A DNA stretch of 64,000 nucleotides from Thermoplasmatota archaeon (GTDB lineage: Archaea; Thermoplasmatota; Thermoplasmata; UBA10834), in NCBI GenBank assembly GCA_040751795.1, contig JBFMHR010000005.1:64001-128000 (forward strand). Direction: 5' to 3'. Below are positions 54,383 to 64,000 of the stretch, in pieces. The number at the start of each line of letters is the position of its first letter. Positions within the stretch are counted from its first letter, which is position 1. The notes under the pieces are model-generated. The model searched no databases and was not told the origin of the DNA. It saw nothing but the letters and a program-made list of their open reading frames with translations. A program made the translations under genes and the position numbers.

Positions 54383-55294
54383 TCAGCGTATTTTTCCAGC
54401 AAGACCCACAATGATCTTAGGGATGTGAATTGGCATTGCCATGGGGTCAAGCTTGAGCGCTTCGCATATTTCGTAGAATGCCTTCCTTCTGTTGCCAAGG
54501 CGTAGACACCCACCACCAATTTCAGCATGTATTCTCGCTATCTCTTCTCTGGATATCTCATTCTTGCACTCCTTCAACAGCCATTCTTTGAGCTTAACGC
54601 CGTCACTTAGCCAGCTGAGACCGTCTCGACTTACTGTATTTTGCCCATGCAGTCGATAGTATGCAAGTGGTTCCTCTAAGAAGTAGTACGAGTGCCTTCT
54701 TGCCAGACTAAGTTCGAACTTGTAGTCATTCAAGAACTTAAGTTCCTCATCATACATTACGCTCAATGCGCTTTCTCGCTTCAGTATTCGACTCGAGCCG
54801 AAGATGAAATTGCCTTTCAGAAGATCTTCGAAGATGCGCCCACTCTTCGGTTTGCCTTGCGAATTGTGAATGCGAGTGAAGGTTTGTCCAGTCAACTTGC
54901 CAGCTGCATCGATTATCTCGCCTTCTGACCACACAATCAACGTATCATCAGATTCGAGCACAGCGAGCTGCTTTTCGAGTTTGTCACTCTTCCAGACATC
55001 ATCAGATGCAATGAACGCTAGAAATTCTCCGTCAGCGTTCTTCATGCCATCGTTGAGTGTTCTTGCTATGCCCAGGTTGTTGGTGTGAAACACAGCTCGA
55101 ATCCTGTCGTCCCAGGCAACTGCCTGTTCAATCAACTCTCGGGATCCGTCCTGAGATCCATCGTCAACAATCAATAGCTCTAGACCACGAACACTTTGCG
55201 AGAGAACACTCTCTATTGCAGTTCGAATGTAGGGCAAGTGATTGTATGATGACATTATGACACTGACTCTAGGCAGGGTTCTCATCTCCATCAT
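54383..55294 (-). CDS. GT2 glycosyltransferase
   Basis: VSVIM.SYN, ELLIVDDGS.DGS, N.G....N.G, F.AF..SDD.W..DKLEKQ, L..YR.H..N. Confidence 0.92.
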   Translation of the reverse strand: MMEMRTLPRVSVIMSSYNHLPYIRTAIESVLSQSVRGLELLIVDDGSQDGSRELIEQAVAWDDRIRAVFHTNNLGIARTLNDGMKNADGEFLAFIASDDVWKSDKLEKQLAVLESDDTLIVWSEGEIIDAAGKLTGQTFTRIHNSQGKPKSGRIFEDLLKGNFIFGSSRILKRESALSVMYDEELKFLNDYKFELSLARRHSYYFLEEPLAYYRLHGQNTVSRDGLSWLSDGVKLKEWLLKECKNEISREEIARIHAEIGGGCLRLGNRRKAFYEICEALKLDPMAMPIHIPKIIVGLAGKIR

Positions 55295-55559
55295 GCATCA
55301 TCTTTCGTGACCCGATCTTCTTTTAGTGAACGCTATTTGAGTATAGAAACCTCGCACAAGTGTCACAGACAACTGAGAATTGATATCTCTATTCAGGATT
55401 CAGTAGTTCGTGATCACCACCACTTTGAGCCAGCGGCACTTCTTTCAGAGGGACTTCGACATCCCTTATGAACTAGTACTCACTCTCGAGGATGTACTGG
55501 CGCATGGCCAAGAACTTCGGGTGGGAGAGGAAATCATCGTGGGCCGTCCTCCCTCCTGG

Positions 55560-56280
55560 TCCCCTCCTCGCGGTGGGGAGGGTCGTCCACTTCCATTCCG
55601 CCCATGCATTCACGAGGGGTATCTTTCCTCTTCCCGTGCACTATCGCTAGCATTAAGAGCCGGATATCCTTCGCCTGGGGTATCGGATGATGTCTGCTGT
55701 GAAGAACGCACGGTTAAGCTAGAGGCACTTGAACTCGATGCCCTAGCCGTCGACGAGACGGATGACATCCTTGATGACGGCCAGCTTCCCGTTCGAACTC
55801 TTGACGAACGCTAGCGCGGCCGTCCCCCCTCTTCCCCGAGAGGACCGTATAGGCGGTCGCATAGGCGTGGAACCAGGTGGTGCCCGGCTTCGGTCTACCT
55901 CTCACGACCTTGTCTTTCTTCCCCTTGGGTCTCCCGTGGTACGGGATGAGCATATTGTCGATGGCGATTTTTAGGAGGCGTTTCGGGAGGAAGCCGGCCG
56001 CCTGTTCCACCGAGAGACGGTTCGCGTGCTTGCGCAATAGTCTGAGCGTGGGGCTGCGAAGGCGGTATCGAATCACACCATCGCGAGGAGAGGGTTCATG
56101 CTCCTGGCATTTCCTGCTCGTAGATATCTTACTGGACGCGGCGAGCGCGAGCTCGCTCGCCATGTCCATCGGGGAGTGCATTCATTGGAGCCGCCTGCCA
56201 AGAGACTCTGGGATTCAGAACACGGCTATCTTGATGATCTCCTCAGCGGAGACTCCCTGCCGGCGGTTCCGGAGGCAATA
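55560..56280 (-). mobile_element. Degraded ISH3-family transposase remnant
   Basis: IAID...IPY.G......RG..K.GTT.F.AYATAY....GKR signature; frameshifted and truncated. Confidence 0.72.
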
Positions 56281-56493
56281 GTCATTTGCTACACAAGCTC
56301 ATGCGCCTTCGGAGCCATCCAGGGGTCTGCCATCCCATCCTTGACTCTTGTTCACCAAACACTGGCACGGGAGAGATGGCTCCTCGTTGCTCCTGAGAGG
56401 ACAATATTGTCAGCAGAAGCCATTTGCGTCCAGAACCGACTTTGCCAACTACTGAATCTAGGCAATGATATCTGGACGTTTCCACTGGCTCAT

Positions 56494-56748
56494 CTCTATA
56501 ATGATATGCACCCGCCATGCAATAGGTGTATGGAGGGATCCGTTGTTGAGGATGGGGCGGTGATCGGCTCAGGGGCAATCATACTGCCGAAGGTTCACGC
56601 CGGTGAGGACGCCGTTGTGGCAGCGGATTCGATAGTGACCAAGGACGTCCATGGCAGCATGCTAGTAATGGGAGTTCCAGCAAGGGTTGTTGCGGAAGTG
56701 GGTGACGTCAGATGTGCTGTGGACAATGTTGCCAGACCGTACCCATAG
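56494..56748 (+). pseudogene. C-terminal fragment of a hexapeptide N-acetyltransferase (WbpD/FdtC-like)
   Basis: ND..PP.....G..VEDGA.IG.GA.ILP.V..G..A.V.A.S.VTKDV....LV.G.PAR. The upstream part of ORF 56098 is IS-antisense or non-homologous. Confidence 0.7.
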
Positions 56749-56871
56749 AGGAATAGAGGAGTCTGGGTACGGTAGCTGCAGGATTCTTGCCTCTGGTTAC
56801 AGGTAGCTAGCTATTGACATTGGAGAAACGCTGATGTAGCGGTGCTCATATACGCCGATTAGGTAACTGGT

Positions 56872-57834
56872 TTGCGAGAAGATAGGAATCATTCGAGTTA
56901 TGAAGAGATGATTGAACAAGAAGCGGCGTTTTGGGCCGGCCAAGCCGAAGATGCTGCCATGAAAGGGTTCTCTCCTGATCTCGAGAAACCATTTGCGGCC
57001 ACTACTGTCCAGGCTATTTGGGACGATTCTGAGCTCGATTTCATGATTAGGGGGAAATACATTGATAGGATTTTGGATTATTGCTCAGGCAGACCACAAC
57101 TTGATTGTCTGGAACTCTGTTGTGGGACAGGCATGCTTGCACTTGGCGTTTCAAGGCGAGGGGCAAGGGTAATCGGCATTGACGTGTCACCACGAGTTAT
57201 CGAAATCGCTGAGACGTATGCTCGAGACTCAGGCATCCCCCCTGAGAGATTGGAGTACCACGTCTGTGACCTTAACCGAGTGTCCTTGCCTGAAGAGAGG
57301 TTTGATGTCGTTTTCGCCTGGGATGGTCTTCATCATATAGCAGAGATCGAGCACCTCGTTAGTGAGGTCAGGAAGACTCTCAGAGATGGAGGGGTATTCG
57401 TCGTCCACGACCATGCGAAGGGTGATTCTAGGATAGGAGACATTGTGCTGCAGGGACTGGCGGCAATATTGGGTCTGATTGTTCCTACGGATTCTAGCTT
57501 CCTAGCTAAGCTAAAGATGGTCTTCAAACGCGCCTCTCCAATGACAGCCCCCACCTCTGTTGACAATCATAGGCTTCTTGATTCCCCATTTGAGGATGTC
57601 TCAGGGGAGGGTATAGTAGAGAGTATTACCGAGAATTTCAGAATCCTGGAATTCGAGAGGTATCTCTCATTGCCCGGGACTCTATACGCTAGGGTCTGGC
57701 GGAACCCCAAGACCCGAACGCGGACTATCGGCGCACTTATGGCGTTTGATAGACTGCTATGTGGCTTACACATTCTTCATCCTGAGTACTTCTTCATCAT
57801 GGCAAAGAAAGAGACTGTACATAGTGATGACTAG
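56872..57834 (+). CDS. Class I SAM-dependent methyltransferase
   Basis: LELCCGTG, GIDVS, FDVV....LHH, L..GG.F motifs. Confidence 0.9.
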   Translation: MREDRNHSSYEEMIEQEAAFWAGQAEDAAMKGFSPDLEKPFAATTVQAIWDDSELDFMIRGKYIDRILDYCSGRPQLDCLELCCGTGMLALGVSRRGARVIGIDVSPRVIEIAETYARDSGIPPERLEYHVCDLNRVSLPEERFDVVFAWDGLHHIAEIEHLVSEVRKTLRDGGVFVVHDHAKGDSRIGDIVLQGLAAILGLIVPTDSSFLAKLKMVFKRASPMTAPTSVDNHRLLDSPFEDVSGEGIVESITENFRILEFERYLSLPGTLYARVWRNPKTRTRTIGALMAFDRLLCGLHILHPEYFFIMAKKETVHSDD

Positions 57835-58187
57835 ACACATCCCTCTCTCAAGGCAAAGCGGGGACACAGTTATCAGCGCGAAAGCGAACTCGCTAATGGC
57901 CAATTAGGCAAAAGTGAGAAGGTGATTCCCCGTTCGCATATCCGCGCGAAGGAATGGTCTGCGATTTGAGGAATGCCAGAGGCTGTGCATGAGAGTCACA
58001 GAGGAATTGGGCGAGATACATCGACCTGGGTATGTGCAGTCACTATCTGCCAAGGATCATGTTCCTCTGCCATTGATTCGAGATTAAGCACGAATGAGCT
58101 CATTTCCATCGATATCGCTGTGCTTCTCTCTGCAGCAGCGCGTTAGTATCATTGAAATATCGCCGATGGTAATATGCTGCTGCGACA

Positions 58188-59447
58188 ATGAAGATTGCCC
58201 AGATATCAATGATCAATGGCGCGATAACCGAAGGAAACGTGATGCGAGTTTCGGGACTCTCCCAGGGCCTTCATGACCTCGGACACTCAGTTCTAGTTGT
58301 CTGCAAGTTGAATTCGAAGAGACTGGTCGGTGGTTTTGAGAAGGCCGATGCTCCTCTTCTGAAGTCATTGGTTTGGCTATATGGTCCGAGGTCTCCTGTT
58401 GAGACTGTGGCGAGCAGGAGTCCGTATGCGAGATTGGCGGCGTATAGACTTCTGTCGCCCTTACCCTATGCCAACATGAGGGTTACTGACACATGTTCCG
58501 TCTTGCACTGTCATCTTCTCGGAGTTGCCTCGCTAATGCTGAGAAAGAGGAGACAGGGGCAGAAGGTATTGCTCGACTTCCATGGAATGCTGATGCTTAC
58601 TGACACATCAGGTACCCCCATAGCTGATACGCGAGGTACCCCTGTGGACTCCCTTGATGATGAATCTCGGTTGAGAGCTCTCAAATGGCAATCTCAGGTA
58701 TTCGAAGAAGTGGATGGAGTCTCTTTTGTAACCGCTGCTCTCCGTGATAAGATAACACCGTTGTATGACATCGATCCAGGAAAGACATATGTCATACCGG
58801 ATGGAGTGAATTTCCGTCGAATATCTCGGGATTGGCAGAACAGCGATATCCTCAGATTGCGGCAATCATGGGGGAAACCATCCGATGTCGTCGTCATGTA
58901 TGTCGGAGCGCTGGATTCGCTCCATGGGGCATCATATCTCGAGAAGGTTATCCGCGAGTTGTTGGGGAATTCTAGGGTAAGCACTTCCGTGAGGGTTGTT
59001 TTGATTGGCGGAGGTGTTCTCTCGCATTTGTTTGCAGACCTCCAAAGAGGGTTTGGAGATCGATTCGTCCGCATTCGTCGCGTTTCCTATGAGATGTTGC
59101 CCACATATCTAGCAAGTGCTGATATACTCCTTGTGCCCCATGCGAGGAATATGCTAATGGAGAATATCGAATCTGGAAAACTTCTCAACTATCTCGCCAG
59201 TGGAAAGCCCACGGTGGTGACGTCGCTCGCATCAGTCTCAGATTTCCTGGAGGACAATGTGTCATGCATCATGTGTCATCCGGATCATCCGTCTACTATG
59301 GTATCAGGAATCGAGCGCCTTGTAGATTCTCCTGAACTTAGACAGGCGATAGGCAAGCGGGGAGCTGAAGTCGTGGAGAGAGGACGTGATTGGTCATTTG
59401 TGGCCCAAGGAGCATTGCAGGTCTACCATGATTTGACCAGACCATAG
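58188..59447 (+). CDS. GT4 glycosyltransferase
   Basis: MKIA, VIPDGV, YVG.L...HG, YLA.ADI...P, KL..YLASGKP.V.T. Confidence 0.88.
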   Translation: MKIAQISMINGAITEGNVMRVSGLSQGLHDLGHSVLVVCKLNSKRLVGGFEKADAPLLKSLVWLYGPRSPVETVASRSPYARLAAYRLLSPLPYANMRVTDTCSVLHCHLLGVASLMLRKRRQGQKVLLDFHGMLMLTDTSGTPIADTRGTPVDSLDDESRLRALKWQSQVFEEVDGVSFVTAALRDKITPLYDIDPGKTYVIPDGVNFRRISRDWQNSDILRLRQSWGKPSDVVVMYVGALDSLHGASYLEKVIRELLGNSRVSTSVRVVLIGGGVLSHLFADLQRGFGDRFVRIRRVSYEMLPTYLASADILLVPHARNMLMENIESGKLLNYLASGKPTVVTSLASVSDFLEDNVSCIMCHPDHPSTMVSGIERLVDSPELRQAIGKRGAEVVERGRDWSFVAQGALQVYHDLTRP

Positions 59448-59657
59448 ATCTCATGCTTCCTGGTAGATTACGGTTCATATACGGCGACGAATGGCTAGAT
59501 GGGCGTCGGCTGCTCTGGAGTTGCCCAAATTCGATGAGTGAAGACGGGTCTCTAGTAATCAATTTCCTACCCATCTTCAAATGAACAGATTCGTCTAAAT
59601 ACATGCATGTGATACTGAGTGCCTGCCTTTGCCGCAGTGCCATCAGTTTGGGTTACT

Positions 59658-61379
59658 ATGGTGACTCTATCTAAGAAGACCGTGTTTCTTGCCCTTCTCG
59701 CACTTGTTGTTCTCTCATTAGCACTTCGTTATCCCCTTTTGGACCATGAGCGACAGCAATCAGACTCCTATTTCATACATGGTCTAGCGAACCTGATTGC
59801 CGTCAACGGCAGGGCAGAATGGACGATACACCCCCTCTCCTACTTCGGCTATTATCCGTTGTCATACCCTTCAGGAGCCCCGTTTCTGCTATCCGAATCC
59901 GCGATGATGGCTGGAATCCCTTTGGAGGCAGCGGTATTGATGATGGGCATGATTCTAGGCATTGTGCAATGCCTAGCATCGTTCTGCTTTCTGCGACTAT
60001 TCATCGTGCGCCCTGAGTTTGTATTGCTCGGCACTTTCCTGTGCGTGGTCTCTTCTAGGTTAGTAGATGTGACCTATTGGACGGCTACTGCACGAGGTCC
60101 ATTCGCTGTCCTCATGCTGGTCACAATTGCCTTCTTAATTGAAGCAGGTAGGAGGGCAGATTTCAGATTGATGTCTGTGGGTTCATTGTTAGTGATATCC
60201 TGCGTGTCCTTGCACCACATGGCCATATTCCTCGTCTTATTCGCACTGGCACAGATAGTGGTTTCCCTAGGATATGAGCACTTCAGCCATTATGGATACA
60301 AAGGCCGACTGTCTTTGCCCATGTACTATGGGATGATTGCTGGCGCAGTCATTCTCACCGGCTTCGGAATCTGGACCTATCTCGGGTCGAGAGCTATTAG
60401 CAGTCTCGGAAGCACGACGTGGTTCGACTTCACGCCTCGGTTTCTTTCGGTCATGGTCAACGCGCTGGCTGTCTACTCTAGCCAGATAGGGTTTATAGTC
60501 CCTCTTGCCTTCCTCGGGATCCCGTATTTGCTGCGTAAGCGCCAGGGGGATCTGAGGATGATGTTCCTACTCGCAGTTCTCATCTTCTTCATTCCCTTCA
60601 TCGGGTACCAGCTGTATGTAGCGATAATAATCGCTCCCTACCTCATTGCACTCGGCATCATCTGGCTCTATTCGTTCAGTCGTCAGAACAGATGGAGAAA
60701 CCTGGCCGTTCCCCTGATTGTGATACTAGTCGCCTCCTCTCTTGTGCTCCCCCCATTGATGATTGACCGATGGAACGAGAAGGAATACGTAGAAGGGGAC
60801 AAGGTCGTTGTGGACCCCGATGTGTTCAATATTGCGACCTACTGCGAGGTGAATTATGGATCTGATCCATCAATATCGAACGCAGCAATCATGAAGGGAT
60901 TGATAGGGACGATTGCCGGAGTCCCATTTTCAGGTCCAGGGCTATCGTCGCTGCTGAATGGCGACATCACACCGGAAGAGGTACGCTCTAGAATTGAACC
61001 CACGAGCGGATTTACCCCCGACTCTATGTATATATGGTTCAGGTATGAGGAGAGTCTCTTCGTTGGCTACTTCGAGGTGGGGTTGATGACGCAAGGGATT
61101 GAAGCCTTCTATAGCGCGAGTTATCTTCTGGATTTCGAGTCCCGCGAGTATCTCGTGAATCACTCTCGTCTGGTCGTGTATGTTGACAACAACTGGCCTA
61201 GTAGCTACTCAACGATCTATGCGGATAGGCCCGCTGTCTTCCTGTCGGAACTCCAGAAGTCGCAGAGCGAGTCAGAATACTCCGTTGGATTCGGATCCAT
61301 GGGCTTTGCGTCGTATATGACCTACGCAACCCATCGGTCATCAGTCTATATTGTGCAGTTGCCTCCTGCCTCCTGGTGA
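59658..61379 (+). CDS. Polytopic membrane protein in the glycan locus (GT-C/polymerase-like candidate)
   Basis: First TM followed by HE...DS...H and YFG.YP.SYP loop, about 11 further TM helices, soluble C-terminal domain. Confidence 0.65.
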   Translation: MVTLSKKTVFLALLALVVLSLALRYPLLDHERQQSDSYFIHGLANLIAVNGRAEWTIHPLSYFGYYPLSYPSGAPFLLSESAMMAGIPLEAAVLMMGMILGIVQCLASFCFLRLFIVRPEFVLLGTFLCVVSSRLVDVTYWTATARGPFAVLMLVTIAFLIEAGRRADFRLMSVGSLLVISCVSLHHMAIFLVLFALAQIVVSLGYEHFSHYGYKGRLSLPMYYGMIAGAVILTGFGIWTYLGSRAISSLGSTTWFDFTPRFLSVMVNALAVYSSQIGFIVPLAFLGIPYLLRKRQGDLRMMFLLAVLIFFIPFIGYQLYVAIIIAPYLIALGIIWLYSFSRQNRWRNLAVPLIVILVASSLVLPPLMIDRWNEKEYVEGDKVVVDPDVFNIATYCEVNYGSDPSISNAAIMKGLIGTIAGVPFSGPGLSSLLNGDITPEEVRSRIEPTSGFTPDSMYIWFRYEESLFVGYFEVGLMTQGIEAFYSASYLLDFESREYLVNHSRLVVYVDNNWPSSYSTIYADRPAVFLSELQKSQSESEYSVGFGSMGFASYMTYATHRSSVYIVQLPPASW

Positions 61380-61529
61380 CCGCACCCTCCTGAGCGGCGC
61401 AATTCTGTCCAACGACTCACAGGCCTATGCTATGACGGGAGAAGCATCTCTGATGTCCTTCTGTGAGAGGATATTCGCGAGCAGCAGGAACACTGCTACA
61501 GAGATTGCGCACCTCATCTTCGTTAGTCC

Positions 61530-62816
61530 TCATTGAATGCGTAATCGTTCGTAGAGCGTTATTGCGAACCAGAGTCTCCTTCTAGATGACACCCACATTC
61601 TAAAGCGGAGCATCCTAGCGGATAGACGATCGGCAGCACCGACGTCCGGAAGAGGGCGATGGTACTCTGGAACGGTCCTTCCCTTTCTTGCCAGGTAGCG
61701 AATCATGGCTGCTCTGCGCCTCTGCAAGTAGTCGATAGATTGTGATTCTTGGACATCCTCTTTGCTCGCTATTCTGATATCGACCATGCCAGATTGCGCC
61801 GCCCTCTCGATGAGCGATATTGCCGAGCCTGTCCTAGCTATGACCAGAGACGTCCCAGACCTATCACCAGAAAAACGGGGGAGCCATGCATCCATGAATG
61901 AAGCATCTGAGAGTTCTGCGGTCTTGTCAATGCATAATGTGCACCGTGGTGGAAAGAAGAACTTGTGAAAGATAAGTCCCCAGTATGATTTCGAGCCAAA
62001 AGGTATGGTCCTCCGGCTCCCATCGCGCAGTTGCAGGGAGAGGACCCCCGGCCACCCTCCTCCACGGTAGGAAATCTCGGCAACCATCTCCTTCGAAATC
62101 CCATTTCGTCTCAGAAGATATTCTGTGGCATGATGCGAGGGCGTGTGGTTGCATACGAGGCCGAAGATTAGGACAATCCGTTCCTTCAATTCTGGATAGA
62201 CCTCCATAGCCTTGCATATTCCGTGAATGTGGCAAGGGAGACCAATTACTGCGTATCTGCCTGGATTGGCGAGCAGCTCTCGCAGTGCGGTGTTGGCTGA
62301 CACCGGGCAGTATTTCGACCCCGCGGAAGAGAGTATATCCTCGCGAGTCCGAGCTAGAAATGTCGCAGGTTCAAGCGGAGATGACTGATTCATCCCTGTG
62401 ACTAGAGCTGCGTCGATGATTCCCGCATCTAATGCAAACACTAGAAGTGAAGTAGCAAGCCCACCAGATGATGATGATACTCGGATACCGATGTCTGCAG
62501 CATTGCCGGCGAACACCTCCTTGATACAGCCTGCATTGGAATCATCAGGTCGTTTCCCGAAGCGGGCAATATTCAGTCCATCGAGATCGACAGAGTGCCC
62601 AGGACATGTTCTCAGGCACTTCCTGCAACTGACGCATATGCCATCTCTTACTGATGGGGTTTGTATGCCTAAGCGGTCATCAGTGCAAATTGCGATGGCA
62701 CGAGTCTCACAGATTGATACGCATGTTCCACAGCCTGTGCAGAGTCCATGTTCGACCACGGACGAGATATTCCGCCATTGCGACACCGTTTCCACTTGAG
62801 TGTCACCGGCATACAA
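61530..62816 (-). CDS. FrhB/FdhB-like flavoprotein with an N-terminal 2x[4Fe-4S] ferredoxin
   Basis: CTGCGTCVSIC and CVSCRKCLRTCP; SSGG.A, GSKY, GLPC, GLVC, YRG.GWPG, RC.LC.D...D.SF.DAW. Confidence 0.9.
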   Translation of the reverse strand: MYAGDTQVETVSQWRNISSVVEHGLCTGCGTCVSICETRAIAICTDDRLGIQTPSVRDGICVSCRKCLRTCPGHSVDLDGLNIARFGKRPDDSNAGCIKEVFAGNAADIGIRVSSSSGGLATSLLVFALDAGIIDAALVTGMNQSSPLEPATFLARTREDILSSAGSKYCPVSANTALRELLANPGRYAVIGLPCHIHGICKAMEVYPELKERIVLIFGLVCNHTPSHHATEYLLRRNGISKEMVAEISYRGGGWPGVLSLQLRDGSRRTIPFGSKSYWGLIFHKFFFPPRCTLCIDKTAELSDASFMDAWLPRFSGDRSGTSLVIARTGSAISLIERAAQSGMVDIRIASKEDVQESQSIDYLQRRRAAMIRYLARKGRTVPEYHRPLPDVGAADRLSARMLRFRMWVSSRRRLWFAITLYERLRIQ

Positions 62817-63154
62817 TATCGCACTGGCTATTCAAACTCTCCGCCACTTGAGCCGCAGCGATAGGTCTGCTCATCGAGCTTGGATATGTTTGAAGACACA
62901 GATCACGAGCGGGAGAACTCAGGGAGTCTGCAATTGTCATTGGGTGTGCCCACCCCGCAACGTCAACCCCGCAGATTCGTTGTCTTCCCTGAGGCAGTTG
63001 TCGTAGGGCATTACGGTGAACCCCATCCCGCATGGTGGCTGCCGATTGACCATTGGCGCAATCTTGGCTGAGTGCCTATGGCAAGACCTGCATCAAACCA
63101 TCAACAGAAGTCCGTTCGCAGTTGATGGAGCAGATACCTCAATCCTTCCTGTCC

Positions 63155-64000
63155 TCACATGTTCTTCTGCACGACGCGCTCTGAGATCAATTCTGCCGTT
63201 CTCCTTGCCAACGCCTGGATCTCCGGGATCCTATCCAGGAGTGTTCGTCTGATCTGCGTTCGTCTTTCCCATGCGTCTTCGACTGTTTCCAGCAATCGCT
63301 CAGGGGGGTCATCCCAATTACGAACATACTGGTCCTGGCCTGCCATTGACATTATTCCCGGCGTCTTGTTGCTGTATGAGATTGCCACCGTGGGGACATG
63401 CATCGTGAGTGCAGCAATGTTGGCGTGCATACGAGCACCGATGAAGAGGGTGCATAGTCCGATGATTCCTCGTATCACTTCTGGCTGATATGCACCTTCT
63501 ATCACGAACACTCTTTCGCGATATTTGGATTTCTTTGCAGCGGCAACAGCGATGTCCCGATCATTCGGGTTCAGATTTGGGTCAGTGACATGAGGTATGA
63601 AGACAACATCAACATCGTGTTCCTCAATCATGTGATCTGCAAGCTCTGCGAGATTAAGCAGGTACTCCCCAGCTGCCACCCCTTCTCTTGAGCGAGAGAA
63701 CCTGAAAAGGAGCTCGCTCGGTGCTATTCCGACAAGCGGGCGTCCGTTGTCCACCGGAATTCGCTCCATCTTCAGGGTTTCCCTGGCTTCGTTCTCCGAA
63801 ATCGCCCCCAGGAGGAATGCGCCATCTGCAGTCATAAGCACTTCCTGTTTCACTCCAATCTGAATCAGATAGTTTCTGCTAATCTCCTCTCGGACAATCA
63901 GCAAGTCCACTCTATCAAGAAAGAATCGTGCGATTCTCCTGGCGATTCCATTGCGGAAGGGACCGATTGACTGGGAGTGAATGACTACCGGGACTCTTAG
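63155..64000 (-). CDS. Polysaccharide pyruvyl transferase family (WcaK-like); 5' end outside the window
   Basis: Frame is open to base 64000: P.VI.SQSIGPF, VRE..S, AD.AF.L, IGARMHA.IAA....P.VAI.YS.K. Confidence 0.9.
   Translation of the reverse strand, partial: LRVPVVIHSQSIGPFRNGIARRIARFFLDRVDLLIVREEISRNYLIQIGVKQEVLMTADGAFLLGAISENEARETLKMERIPVDNGRPLVGIAPSELLFRFSRSREGVAAGEYLLNLAELADHMIEEHDVDVVFIPHVTDPNLNPNDRDIAVAAAKKSKYRERVFVIEGAYQPEVIRGIIGLCTLFIGARMHANIAALTMHVPTVAISYSNKTPGIMSMAGQDQYVRNWDDPPERLLETVEDAWERRTQIRRTLLDRIPEIQALARRTAELISERVVQKNM

Noticed and set aside
56098-56493. N-terminal part of the 216-aa ORF as a novel domain fused to an acetyltransferase
   Set aside because: It overlaps the ISH3 remnant on the opposite strand and has no protein-like motif; better explained as an incidental open frame before a gene fragment.
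62817-63154. Short ORFs between the pyruvyl transferase and FrhB-like genes (similar cases at 53050-53500 and 57835-58187)
   Set aside because: No recognisable motifs, SD or consistent frame; treated as degraded spacer DNA.
1-64000. Selenocysteine or pyrrolysine read-through, tRNA, rRNA or CRISPR
   Set aside because: The recognised genes look complete at their stops. In-frame stops occur only in IS debris, and no cloverleaf, rRNA or array pattern was seen by eye. A covariance-model scan would be needed to exclude small RNAs.

Overview
Gene-dense archaeal chromosomal segment. Markers such as PurP, Nep1, Trm112, DUF835 and KaiC/RAD55-like proteins, an archaeosortase and TATA-type promoters fit a high-GC Thermoplasmatota lineage; this assignment is inference. 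About 1-41.7 kb is high-GC native DNA. It carries a bacterial-type acetyl-CoA synthase/corrinoid module (acsB 3' end, acsD, acsC, cooC/acsF, acsV, acsE, DUF3786), housekeeping genes, nucleotide-sugar genes beside an S-layer-like protein and several secreted or membrane-anchored proteins. It also carries a tusA-dsrE-iscS operon whose IscS has Asp in place of the PLP lysine, next to a truncated larC. From about 41.8 kb to the end is a visibly lower-GC surface-glycan island: an archaeosortase/exosortase, a radical SAM enzyme, glycosyltransferases, a 3-amino-sugar module, a flippase, an FrhB-like reductase plus pyruvyl transferase, and decayed IS elements of three families. No rRNA, tRNA or CRISPR array was seen. 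The best candidates for undescribed biology are the Lys-to-Asp IscS/TusA/DsrE relay, the FrhB-like/pyruvyl-transferase and FdtA/GNAT/propeller glycan-tailoring modules, a subtilase with a ligand-less cupredoxin tail, catalytically dead KaiC/DUF835 proteins, two likely ATT/ATC starts, and long-range UTR pairing around a poly-Asp protein gene. All family calls come from motif recognition by eye, not from database searches.
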